Assembly (NCBI RefSeq): GCF_009914755.1 | Contig: NC_060933.1 | DNA length: 64,000 nt | Direction: 5' to 3' (one strand) | Source of the DNA: the human T2T-CHM13v2.0 reference genome, Homo sapiens | In this document: piece after piece, positions 15,301 through 29,178 of the stretch | Numbering within the stretch: the first letter of the stretch is position 1 | Layout of the letters: each line of letters opens with the position of its first letter | Position numbers and translations under genes: made by a program | Notes under the pieces: model-generated | Seen by the model: the letters and a program-made list of their open reading frames with translations, nothing else | Database searches by the model: none | Told to the model about the DNA's origin: nothing

Positions 15301-15962
15301 GGAATGGAATCATCCGGAACGGAATGGAATGGAATGGAATGGAATCAACTCGATTGCAATGGAATGGAATGGAATGGAATGGAATGGAATGGAAAGGAAT
15401 GGAATGGAATGGAATGGAATGGAATGCAATGGAATGGAATCAACCCGAGTACAATGGAATGGAATGGAATGGAATGGAATGGAATGGAATGGAATGGAAT
15501 GGAATGGAATGGAATGGAATGCCTTCAAACTGAATGCAATGGAAAGGAATGTAATCAACACGAGTGGAAGGGAATGGAATGGAATGGAATGGAATGGAAT
15601 GGAATGGTACGGAATAGAATGGAATGGAACGAAATGGAATGGAATGGAATGGAATGGAATGGAATGGAATGGAATCGTTCCGAGTGGAATAGGAGGGAAT
15701 GTATTCGAGTGAAATGGAAAGGAATGGAATCAACCAGAGTGGAATGGAAGGGAATGGAATGGAATGGAAACTAATAGAATGGAATCAACCCGAGTGGAAT
15801 GGAATGGAAAGGACTGGAATGGAATGGAATGGAATGGAATGGAATGGAATGGAATCAACTCCATTGTAATGGAATGGAATGGAATGGAAAGGAATGGAAT
15901 GGAATGCAATGGAATTAACCCGAATACAATGAAAAGGAATGGAATGGAACGGAATGCAAAGA

Positions 15963-15990
15963 AATGGAATCAACTCGGGTTGATTCCATT
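15963..15990. other. Strand-switch (inversion) junction J1; 28-bp near-perfect palindrome
   Basis: AATGGAATCAAC-tCGg-GTTGATTCCATT: perfect 12-bp arms, central CpG, one T/G mismatch. No foreign sequence inserted. Confidence 0.95.
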
Positions 15991-16350
15991 CCCTTCTTTC
16001 CATTCCATTCCATTCCATTCCATTCCGTTCCATTCCATTCCATTACATTCGGATTGATTCTATTCAATTCCCTTACACTCCATTACATTCCATTCCATTC
16101 GGGTAGTTTCCACTCCATTCCATTCACTTCCTCTCCATTCCATTGCACTCGGGTTGATTCCATTCCATTGCATTCCATTCCATTCCATTCAATTCCATTC
16201 CGTTCCATTCCATTCCATTACATTCGGATTGATTCTATTCAACTCCCTTACTCTCCATTACATTCGATTCCATTCAGGTTGTTCCATTCCATTCCATTCC
16301 ATTCCACTCCATTCCATTGCACTCGGGTTGATTCCATTCCATTCCATTCC

Positions 16351-16365
16351 ATTCCGGAAGATTCC
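16351..16365 (-). promoter_or_regulatory. Perfect three-unit heat shock element in an inverted block (representative)
   Basis: aTTCc-gGAAg-aTTCc. Also at e.g. 23211-23225 and 62243-62257. Confidence 0.7.
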
Positions 16366-19300
16366 ATTCCATTACATTCCATTACATTCTATTCCCCTGC
16401 ACTCGCGTTGATTCCATTCCATTCCATTCCATTCCATTCCATTCCTTTCTGTTCCATTCCATTCCATTCCATTCCATTCCGTTCCGTTCCGTTCCATTCC
16501 ATTCCATTCCATTCTATTCGGGTTAATTCCATTCCATTCCATTCGATTGCAATCGAGTTGATTCCATTCCATTCCATTCCATTCCATTCCATTCCATTCC
16601 ATTCCTTTCCTTTCCATTACGGATGATTCCATTCCATTGCATTCCATTCCATTCCATTCCCCTGTACTGGGGTTGATTCCATTCCATTCCATTCCAATCC
16701 ATGCCATTCCACTCGTGTTGATTCCATTCTTTCCATTCCATTCAATTTGAATCCATTCCATTGCATTCCATTCCATTCGATTCCATTCAATTGCACTCAG
16801 GTTGATTCCATTCCATTGCATTCCATTCCATCCCATTTCATTCCATTCCATTCCTTTCCATTCCATTCCATTCCATTCCATTCGATTGCAATCGAGTTTA
16901 TTCCATTCCATTCGTTTCCATTCCATTCCATTGCCTTGCATTCCACTCGGGTTGATTCCATTCCCTTCTTTCCACTCCATTACATTCCCTTCCATTCCAC
17001 TTGGAATGATTGATTCCATTCCATTCCATTCCATTTCATTCCATTGCAATCCATTCCAATCCATTCCATTATATTCCATTCCACTCGAGTTGATTTCATT
17101 CCATTCCTTTCCATTCCATTCCATTCCTTTCCACTCGAGTTGATTCCATTCCATTCCATTCCTTTGCATTCCATTCCATGCCATTCCACTCGGGTGGATT
17201 CCATTCCATTCCATTCCATTCCATTCCATTCCATTCCATTGCAATCCATTCCATTCCTTTCCCCTACACTCGGGTTGATTCCATTCCTTTCCATTCCATT
17301 TAATTCCATTCCATTCCATTCCATTCCAATCCGTTCCATTCCATTCCATTCTATTCCACTGCAATCGACTTGATTCCATTCCATTCCATTCCATTCCATT
17401 CCATTTTGTTGCAACCCATTCTATTTCGAACTATTCCATTCCATTCCATTCCATTCCATTGCATTCCATTCCATGCCATTCCACTCCGGTTGATTCCATT
17501 CCATTCCATTCCATTCGATTCCATTCCATTCCATTCCATTCCGTTCCATTCCATTTCATTACATTCAGATTGATTCTATTCAATTCCCTAACACTCCATT
17601 ATATTCCCATCCATTCTGGTTGTTTCCATTCCATTCCAATCCATTTCACTCCATTCCATTGCACTTGGTTTGATTCCATTCCATTCCATTCCATTCCATT
17701 CCTTTCCAGATGATTCCATTCCATTGCATTCCATTCCATTCCATTCCCCTGCACTCAGGTTGATTCCATTCCATTCCATTCCACTCCATTCGGTTCCGTT
17801 CCATTCCATTCTATTGCATTCCATTCTATTCGGGTTAATTCCATTCCATTATATTCCATTCCATTCCATTCCATTCCATTGCAATGGAGTTGATTCCATT
17901 CCATTCCATTCCATTCCGGATGATTCCATTCCATTCCATTGCATTCCATTCCATTCCATTCCCCTGCACTCGTGTTGATTCCATTACCTTCTATTCCATT
18001 CCATTCCGTTCCATTCCATTGCATTCCATTCTATTCCGGTTAATTCCATTCCATTCCATTCCATTCCATTCCATTCCATTCCATTCCATTGCAATCGAGT
18101 TGATTCCATTCCATTCCTTTCCATTCCATTCCATTGCCTTGCATTCCAATCGGGTTGATTCCATTCCCTTCTTTCCACTCCTTTACATTCCCTTCCATTC
18201 CACTCGGAATCATTGATTCCATTCCATTCCATTCCATTTCATTCCATTGCAATCCATTCCAATCCATTCCATTCCATTCCACTCGAGTTGATTTCATTCC
18301 ATTCCTTTCCATTCCATTCCATTCCTTTCTACTCGAGTTGATACCATTCCATTCCATTCCATTGCATTCCATTCCATGCCATTCCACTCGGGTTGATTCC
18401 ATTCCTTTGCATTCCATTCCATTCCATTCCATTCCATTCCATTCCATTCCATTCCGTTGCATTCCATTCCGTTACATTCTGATTGATTCTATTCAACTCC
18501 CTTACTCTCCATTATATTCCATTCCATTCGGGTTGTTCCATTCCATTCCATTCCATTCCATTCCATTCCATTCCATTCCGGATTATTCCATTCCATTGCA
18601 TTCCGTTCCATTACATTCCCCTGCGCTCACGTTGATTCCATTCCATTCCATTCCATTCCATTCAATTCCATTCCATTACAATTCGTTCCATTCCATTCTA
18701 TTCCGTACCATTCCATTCCATTCCATACCATTCCATTCCGTTCCATTCCATTCCATTGCATTCCATTCCATTCCGTTCCATTCCGTTCCATTCCATTCCA
18801 TTCCATTCTATTCAGGTTAATCCCATTCCATTCCATTCCATTCTATTCGGATTAGTTCCATTCCATTCCATTCCATTCAGTTCTATTCCATTCCATTGCA
18901 ATCGAGTTGAATCCATTGCATTTCATTCCATTCCATTCCATTCCATTCCATTCCGGAAGTTTCCATTCCATTGCATTCCATTCCATTCCTTTCAATTCCA
19001 TTCCGTTCCATTCCATTCCATTACATTTGGATTGATTCTATTCAACTCCCTTAGTCTCCATTAGATTCCATTCCATTCGGGTTGTTCCATTCCATTCCAT
19101 TCCATTCCACTCCATTCCATTGCACTCGGGTTTATTCCATACCATTCCATTCCATTCCATTCAATTCCATTCCATTCCGGAAGATTCCATTCCATTTCTT
19201 TCCATTCCATTCCATTCCCCTGCACTCGCGTTGATTCCATTCCATTCCATTCCATTCCATTCCATTCCATTCCGTTCCGTTCCGTTCCATTCCATTCCAT

Positions 19301-22300
19301 TCCATTCCATTCCATTCCGTTCCGTTCCATTCCATTCCATTCCATTCTATTCGGGTTAATTCCATTCCACTCCATTCGATTGCAATCGAGTTGATTCCAT
19401 TCCATTCCATTCCATTCCATTCCATTCCTTTCCATTCCATTACGGATGATTCCATTCCATTGCATTCCATTCCATTCCATTCCCCTGTACTCGGGTTGAT
19501 TCCATTCCATTCCATTCCAATCCATGCCATTCCACTCGTGTTGATTCCATTCTTTTCATTCCATTCAAGTTGAATCCATTCCATTGCATTCCATTCCATT
19601 CCATTCCCCTGCAGTCGGGTTGATTCCATTCCATTCCATTCCATTCCATTCCATTCCATTCCATTCCAATCAAGTTGACTCCATTCCATTCCATTCCATT
19701 GCATTCCATTCCATTCCACTCCATTCCAGTCCTTTCCATTCCATTCCACTCGGGTTGATTCCAATGTATTCCTTTCCATTCCATTCCATTCCATTGCAAT
19801 CGAGTTGATTCCATTGCTTTGCATTCCATTCCATTCCATTCCATTCCGGATGATTCCATTCCATTGCATTCCATTCCATTCCATTCCCCTGCACTCGGGT
19901 TGATTCCATTCCATTCCACTCCATTCCATTCCATTCCATTCCATTGCATTGCATTCCATTCCATTCCCCTGCACTCGGGTTGATTCCATTCCATTCCATT
20001 CCATTCCATTCCATTCCATTCCATTCCTTTCCATTCCATTACGGATGATTCCATTCCATTGCATTCCATTCCATTCCATTCCCCTGTACTCGGGTTGATT
20101 CCATTCCATTCCATTCCAATCCATGCCATTCCACTCGTGTTGATTCCATTCTTTCCATTCCATTCAAGTTGAATCCATTCCATTGCATTCCATTCCATTC
20201 GATTCCATTCGATTGCACTCGGGGTGATTCCATTCCATTGCATTCCATTCCATTCCATTCCATTCCATTCCATTACATTCCGTTCCATTCCATTCCATTA
20301 CATTCGGATTGATTCTATTCAATTCCCTTACACTCCATTACATTACATTCCATTCGGGTAATTTCCATTCCATTCCATTCCATTCCTCTCCATTCCATTG
20401 AACTCGGGTTGATTCCATTCCATTGCATTCCATACCATTCCATTCAATTCCATTCCGTTCCATTCCATTCCATTACATTCGGATTGATTCTATTCAACTC
20501 CCTTACTCTCCATTACATTCCATTCCATTCGGGTTGTTCCATTCCATTCCATTCCATTCCACTCCATTCCATTGCACTCGGGTTGATTCCATTCCATTCC
20601 ATTCCATTCCATTCCATTCCATTCAGGAAGATTCCATTCCATTGCATTCCATTCCATTCCATTCCCCTGCACTCGCGTTGATTCCATTCCATTCCATTCC
20701 ATTCCATTCCATTCCGTTCCGTTCCGTTCCGTTCCATTCCATTCCATTCCATTCCATTCCATTCCATTCCATTCCGTTCCGTTCCATTCCATTCCATTCC
20801 ATTCTATTTGGGTTAATTCCATTCCATTCCATTCGATTGCAATCGAGTTGATTCCATTCCATTCCATTCCAATCCATTCCATTCCATTCCTTTCCATTCC
20901 ATTACGGATGATTCCATTCCATTGCATTCCATTCCATTCCATTCCCCTGTACTCAGGTTGATTCCATTCCATTGCATTCCAATCCATGCCCTTCAACTCG
21001 TGTTGATTCCATTCTTTCCATTCCATTCAAGTTGAATCCATTCCATTGCATTCCATTCCATTCGATTCCATTCGATTGCACTCGGGTTGATTCCATTCCA
21101 TTGCATTCCATTCCATTCCATTCCATTCCATTCCATTCCATTCCGTTCCGTTCCATTCCATTCCATTACATTCGGATTGATTCTATTCAATTCCCTTACA
21201 CTCCGTTACATTCCATTCCATTCGGGTAGTTTCCATTCCATTCCATTCCATTCCTCTCCATTCCATTGCACTCGGGTTGATTCCATTCCATTGCATTCCA
21301 TTCCATTCTATTCAACTCGATTCCTTTCCATTCCATTCCATTACATTCGCATTGATTCTATTCAACTCCCTTACTCTCCATTACATTCCATTCCATTCGG
21401 GTTGTTCCATTCCATTCCATTCCATTCCACTCCATTCCATTGCACTCGGGTTTATTCCATTCCATTCCATTCCATTCCATTCCATTCCATTCCATTCCAT
21501 TCCGGAAGATTCCATTCCATTGCATTCCATTCCATTCCATTCCCCTGCACTCGCGTTGATTCCATTCCATTCCATTCCATTCCATTCCATTCCATTCCAT
21601 TCCATTCCTTTCCGTTCCATTCCATTCCATTCCATTCCATTCCATTCCATTCCGTTCCGTTCCGTTCCGTTCCGTTCCATTCCATTCCATTCCATTCTAT
21701 TCGGGTTAATTCCATTCAATTCCATTCGACTGCAATCGAGTTGATTCCATTCCATTCCATTCCATTCCATTCCATTCCATTCCTTTCCATTCCATTACGG
21801 ATGATTCCATTCCATTGCATTCCATTCCATTCCATTCCCCTGTACTCGGGTTGATTCCATTCCATTCCATTCCAATCCATGCCATTCCACTCGTGTTGAT
21901 TCCATTCTTTCCATTCCATTCAAGTTGAATCCATTCCATTGCATTCCATTCCATTCCATTCCCCTGCAGTCGGGTTGATTCGATTCGATTCCATTCCATT
22001 CCATTCCATTCCATTCCATTCCGTTCCGTTCCGTTCCATTCCATTCCATTCCATTCTATTCGGGTTAATTCCATTCCATTCCATTCCATTCCATTCCATT
22101 CCATTCCATTCCAATCGAGTTGATTCCATTCCATTCCATTCCATTACATTCCACTCCGTTCCAGTCCTTTCCATTCCATTCCAGTCGGGTTGATTCCAAT
22201 GTATTCCTTTCCATTCCATTCCATTCCATTGCAGTCGAGTTGATTCCATTGCTTTGCATTCCATTCCATTACGGATGATTCCATTCCATTGCATTCCATT

Positions 22301-25300
22301 CCATTCCGTTCCCCTGCACTCGGGTTGATTCCATTCCATTCCATTCCGTTCCGTTCCATTCCATTCCATTCCATTCTATTCGGGTTAATTCCATTCCATT
22401 CCATTCGATTGCAATCGTGTTGATTCCATTCCATTGCATTCCATTCCATTCCATTCCCCTGCACTCGGGTTGATTCCTTTCCATTCCATTCCGTTCCGTT
22501 CCATTCCATTCCATTCCATTCTATTTGGGTTAATTCCATTCCATTCCATTCGATTGCAATCGAGTTGATTCCATTCCATTCCATTCCATTCCATTCCATT
22601 CCATTCCATTCCTTTCCATTCCATTACGGATGATTCCATTCCATTGCATTCCATTCCATTCCATTCCCCTGTACTCGGGTTGATTCCATTCCATTGCATT
22701 CCAATCCATGCCCTTCCACTCGTGTTGATTCCATTCTTTCCATTCCATTCAAGTTGAATCCATTCCATTGCATTCCATTCCATTCGATTCCATTCGATTG
22801 CACTCGGGTTGATTCCATTCCATTGCATTCCATTCCATTCCATTCCATTCCATTCCATTCCGTTCCGTTCCATTCCATTCCATTACATTCGGATTGATTC
22901 TATTCAATTCCCCTACACTCCATTACATTCCATTCCATTCGGGTAGTTTCCATTCCATTCCATTCCATTCCTCTCCATTCCATTGCACTCGGGTTGATTC
23001 CATTCCATTGCATTCCATTCCATTCCATTCAACTCGATTCCTTTCCATTCCATTCCATTACATTCGGATTGATTCTATTCAACTCCCTTACTCTCCATTA
23101 CATTCCATTCCATTCGGGTTGTTCCATTCCATTCCATTCCATTCCACTCCATTCCATTGCACTCGGGTTTATTCCATTCCATTCCATTCCATTCCATTCC
23201 ATTCCATTCCATTCCGGAAGATTCCATTCCATTGCATTCCATTCCATTCCATTCCCCTGCACTCGCGTTGATTCCATTCCATTCCATTCCATTCCATTCC
23301 ATTCCATTCCATTCCGTTGCATTCCATTCCATTACATTCGGATTGATTCTATTCAACTCAATTACATTCCATTACATTCCATTCCATTCGGGTTGTTCCA
23401 TTCCATTCCATAACATTCCACTCCATTCCATTGCACTCGGGTTGATTCCATTCCCTTCCCTTCCATTCCATTCCATTCCATTCCGGATGATTCCATTCCA
23501 TTGCATTCCGTTCCATTACATTCCCCTGCACTCGCGTTGATTCCATTCCATTCCATTCAATTCCATTAAATTACAATTAGTTACATTCCATTATATGCCG
23601 TACCATTCCATTCCATTCCATACCATTCCATTCCATTCCATTCCATTCCATTCCGTTCCATTCCGTTCCATTGCATTCCATTCCATTCTATTCGGGTTCA
23701 TTCTATTCCATTCCATTCCATTCCGTTCTATTCCATTCCATTGCAATCGAGTTGAATCCATTGCATTTCATTCCATTCCATTCCATTCCATTCCATTCCA
23801 TTCCGGAAGATTCCATTCCATTGCATTCCATTCCATTCCATTCCCCTGCACTCGCGTTGATTCCATTCCATTCCATTCCATTCCATTCCATTCCGTTCCG
23901 TTCCATTCCATTCCATTCCATTCCATTCCATTCCGTTCCGTTCCGTTCCATTCCATTCCATTCAATTCTATTCAGGTTAATTCCATTCCATTCCATTCGA
24001 CTGCAATCGAGTTGATTCCATTCCATTCCATTCCATTCCATTCCATTCCATTGCTTTCCATTCCAGTACGGATGATTCCATTCCATTGCATTCCATTCCA
24101 TTCCATTCCCCTGTACTCGGGTTGATTCCATTCCATTCCATTCCAATCCATGCCATTCCACTCGTGTTGATTCCACTCTTTCCATTCCATTCAAGTTGAA
24201 TCCATTCCATTGCATTCCATTCCATTCCATTCCCCTGCAGTCGGGTTGATTCCATTCCATTCCATTCCATTCCATTCCATTCCATTCCATTCCGTTCCGT
24301 TCCGTTCCGTTCCATTCCATTCCATTCCATTCCATTCTATTCGGGTTAATTCCATTCCATTCCATTCCATTCCATTCCATTCCAATCGAGTTGATTCCAT
24401 TCCATTCCATTCCATTCCATTCCACTCCATTCCAGTCCTTTCCATTCCATTCCACTCGGGTTGATTCCAATGTATTCCTTTCCATTCCATTCCATTCCAT
24501 TGCAATCGAGTTGATTCCATTGCTTTGCATTCCATTCCGGATGATTCCATTCCATTGCATTCCATTCCATTCCATTCCCCTGCACTCGGGATGATTCCAT
24601 TCTATTCCACTCCATTCCGTTCCATTCCATTCCATTCCATTGTATTCGGGTTAATTCCATTCCATTCCATTCCATTGCATTCCATTCCACCACAATCGAG
24701 TTGGTTCCATTCCATTCCATTCCATTCCATTCCATTCCATTCCATTCCGGATGATTCCATTCCATTACATTCCGTTCCATTACATTCCCCTGCACTCGGG
24801 TTGATTCCATTCCATTCCATTCCATTCCATTCGATTCCATTCCATTCCAATTGTTTCCATTCCATTCTATTCCGTACATTCCATTCCATTCCATACCATT
24901 CCATTCCATTCCATTCCATTCCATTCCATTCCGTTCCGTTCTGTTCCGTTCCGTTCCATTCCATTCCATTCCATTTTATTCGGGTTAATTCCATTCCATT
25001 CCATTCCATTCCATTCTATTCCATTCCATTGCAATAGAGATGAATCCATTGCATTCCATTCCATTCCATTCCATTCCATTGCAATCGAGTTGAATCCATT
25101 GCATTCCATTCTATTCCATTCCGGAAGATTCCATTCCATTGCATTCCATTCCATTCCATTCCATTCCTTTCCATTCCATTACGAATGATTCCATTCCACT
25201 GCATTACATTCCATTCCATTCCCCTGTACTCGGGTTGATTCCATTCCATTCCATTCCATTCCATTCCATTCTATTCCATTCCATTCCATTCCATTCCGGA

Positions 25301-28300
25301 AGATTCCATTCCATTGCATTCCATTCCATTCCTTTTCCCTGCACTCGCGTTGATTCCATTCCATTGCATTCCATTCCATTCCATTCCATTCCATTCCATT
25401 CCATTCCATTCCGATCCGTTCCATTACATACCATTCCATTCCATTCCGTTCCGTTCCATTCCATTCCATTCCATTCCATTCTATTCGGGTTAATTCCATT
25501 CCATTCCATTCGATTGCAATCGAGTTGATTCCATTCCATTCCATTCCAAACCATGCCATTCCACTCGTTATGATTCCATTCTTTCCATTCCATTCAAGTT
25601 CAATCCATTCCATTGCATTCCATTCCATTCGATTCCATTCGATTGCACTTGGGTTGATTCCATGGCATTGCATTCCATTCCATTCCATTCCATTCCATTC
25701 CATTCCTTTCCATTGCATTCCATTCCATTCCATTCCATTCTATTCGGATTCATTCTATTCAATTCCCTTACACTCCATTACATTCCATTCCTTTCGTGTA
25801 GTTTCCATTCCATTCCATTCCATTCCTCTCCATTCCATTGCACTCGGGTTGATTCCATTCCATTCCATTCCATTCCATTCCATTCCATTCCATTCCATTC
25901 CATTCCGGATGATTCCATTCCATTGAATTCCATTGCATTCCATTCCCCTGCACTTGGGTTGATTCCATTCCATTCCTTTCCATTCCTTTCTTTTCCATTC
26001 CATTCCATTCCATTCCATTCCATTCTTTCGTGTTAATTCCATTCCATTCTATTCCATTCCATTCCATTGAAATCGAGTTGAATCCATTCCATTCCATTCC
26101 ATTCCATTCCATTGCACACGGGTTCATTCCATTCCATTCCATTCCATTCCATTCCATTCCATTCCATTCCATTCCATATCATTCCATTCCATTCTATTCC
26201 TTACCATTCCATTCCATCCCATTCCATTCCGTTCCATTCCATGCCATTACACTCGGGTTGATTCCATTCCTTTCCATTCCACTCTTGTTGAATCCATTCC
26301 ATTCCATTCCATTCCATTCGAATCCATTCCATTGCACTCGGGTTGATTCCATTCCATTCCATTCCATTCCTTTCCATTTCATTCCATTCCATTCCATTAC
26401 ATTCGGATTGATTCTATTCAATTCCCTTACACTCCATTACATTCCATTACATTCGGGATGTTTCCATTCCATTCCATTCCATTCCACTCCATTCCATTGC
26501 ATCAGGTTGATTGCATTCCATTCCATTCCATTCCATTCCGGATGATTCCATTCCATTGCATTCCATTCCATTCCATTCCCCTGCACTCGGGTTGATTCCA
26601 TTCCATTCCATTAAATTCCATTCCATTCCATTCCATTCCATTCCGTTCCATTCCATTCCATTCCATTCTATTCCGGTTAATTCCATTCCATTCCATTTTA
26701 TTCCATTCCATTCCATTCCATTCCATTGCAATCGAGTTGATTCCATTCCATTCCATTCCATTCCGTTCCGGATGATTCCATTCCATTCCATTCCATTTCA
26801 TTCCATTCCCCTGCAGTTGGGTTGATTCCATTCCATTCCATTCCATTCCATTCCGTTCCATTCCATTCCATTCCATTCTATTCGGGTTAATTCCATTCCA
26901 TTCCATTCCATTCCATTCCATTCCAATCGAGTTGATTCCATTCCATTCCATTCCATTCCATTCCATTCCACTCCATTCCAGTCCTTTCCATTCCATTACA
27001 CTCGGGTTGATTCCATTCTATTCCTTTCCATTCCATTCCATTCCATTGCAATCGAGTTGATTCCATTGCTTTGCATTCCATTCCATTCCCTTCCGGATGA
27101 TTCCACTCCATTGCATTCCTTTCCATTCCATTCCCATGCACTCGGGTTGATTCCATTCCATTCCACTCCATTCCGTTCCATTCCATTCCATTCCATTGTA
27201 TTTGGGTTAATTCCATTCCATTCCATTCCATTCCATTCCATTCCATTCCATTCCAGTCCTTTCCATTCCATTCCACTCGGGTTGATTCCATTCTATTAGT
27301 TTCCATTCCATTCCATTCCCTTCCATTCCACTCTGGTTGATTCCATTCCTTTCCATTCCACTTGAATACATTCCCTCCTATTCCACTCGGAACGATTCCA
27401 TTCCATTCCATTCCATTCCATTCCATTCCATTCCATTCCATTCCATTTCGTTCCATTCCGTTCTATTCCGTACCATTCCATTCCATTCCATTCCTTTCCA
27501 TTCCATTCGTTTCCACTAGTGTTGATTCCATTCTTTCCATTCCATTCGGTTTGAAGGCATTCCATTCCATTCAATTCCATTAAATTCCATTCCATTCCAT
27601 TCCATTCTATTCCATTCCATTGCAATCGAGTTGAATCCATTGCCTTTCATTCCATTCCATTCCATTCCGGAAGATTCCATTCCATTGCATTCCATTCCAT
27701 TCCATTCCCTTACACTCGCGTTGATTCCATTCCATTCCATTCCATTCCATTCCGTTCCGTTCCATTCCATTCCATTCCGTTCCGTTCCATTCCATTCCAT
27801 TCTATTCGGGTTAATTCCATTCCATTCCATTCGATTGCCATTGAGTTGATTCCATTCCATTCCATTCCATTCCATTCCATTCCTTTCCATTCCACTACGG
27901 ATGACTCCATTCCATTGCATTCCATTCCATTCAATTCCGCTGTACTCGGGTTGATTCCATTCCATTCCATTCCACTCCATACGGTTCCGTTGCATTCCAT
28001 TCTATTGCATTCCATTCTATTCGGGTTAATTCCATTCCATTTTATTCCATTCCATTCCATTCCATTCCATTGCAATGGAGTTGATTCCATTCCATTCCAT
28101 TCCATTCCGGATGATTCCATTCCATTGCATTCCATTCCATTCCATTCCCCTGCACTCGTGTTGATTCCATTCCCTTCCATTCCATTCCATTCCGTTCCAT
28201 TCCATTCCATTCCATTCTATTCCGGTTAATTCCATTCCATTCCATTCCATTACATTCCATTCCATTCCATTCCATTCCATTGCAATCGAGTTGATTCCAT

Positions 28301-28650
28301 TCCATTCCTTTCCATTCCATTCCATTGCCTTGCATTCCACTCGGGTTGATTCCATTCCCTTCTTTCCACTCCATTCCATTCCCTTCCATGATTGATTCCA
28401 TTCCATTCCATTCCATTTCATTCCATTGCAATCCATTCCAATCCATTCCATTCCATTCCATTCCACTCGAGTTGACTTCATTCCATTCCTTTCCATTCCA
28501 TTCCATTCCTTTCCACTCGAGTTGATTCCATTCCATTCCAATCCATTGCATTCCATTCCATGCCATTCCACTCGGGTTGATTCCATTCCTTTGCATTCCA
28601 TTCCATTCCATTCCATTCCATTCCATTCCATTCCATTCCGTTGCATTGCA

Positions 28651-29178
28651 TTCCATTACATTCGGATTGATTCTATTCAACTCCCTTACTCTCCATTACA
28701 TTCCATTCCATTCGGGTTGTTCCATTCCATTCCATTCCATTCCACTCCATTCCATTGCACTCGGGTTGATTCCATTCCATTCCATTCCATTCCATTCCAT
28801 TCCGGATGATTCCATTCCATTGCATTCCGTTCCATTACATTCCCCTGCACTCGCGTTGATTCCATTCCATTCCATTCCATTCCATTCCATTCCATTCCAT
28901 TCCGTTCCATTCCGTTCCATTCCATTCCATTCCATTACATTCGGATTGATTCTATTCAACTCCCTTACTCTCCATTACATTCCATTCCATTCGGGTTGTT
29001 CCATTCCATTCCATTCCATTCCACTCCATTCCATTGCACTCGGGTTGATTCCATTCCATTCCATTCCATTCCATTCCATTCCGGATGATTCCATTCCATT
29101 GCATTCCGTTCCATTACATTCCCCTGCACTCGCGTTGATTCCATTCCATTCCATTCCATTCCATTCCATTCCATTCCA
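28651..29178 (-). repeat. 279-bp tandem duplication
   Basis: ttcggattgattctattcaactcccttactctcc starts at 28661 and 28940, with the same downstream motif order and spacing. ORF ends 28686/28965 and 28696/28975 differ by 279. Confidence 0.85.

Larger units (their letters stand above)
1..15976 (+). repeat. HSat3 / satellite III block 1, G-rich (GGAAT)n strand on +
   Basis: Continuous GGAAT pentamer runs with variants (GGAAC, GCAAT, GGAAA, AGAAT), interrupted by CAACCCGAGT, CAACTCGATT, CAACGCGAGT and TAACCCGAAT 10-mers. GGAAT runs plus CAACCCGA(A/G)T is the classical satellite 3 signature. Runs off the left edge. Confidence 0.98.

Noticed and set aside
23561-23600. AT-rich patch (ttccattaaattacaattagttacattccattatatgccg) as a promoter or insertion
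   Set aside because: It aligns in register to the common ttccattacaattcgttccattccattctattccgtacc module with clustered substitutions; no new sequence is present.
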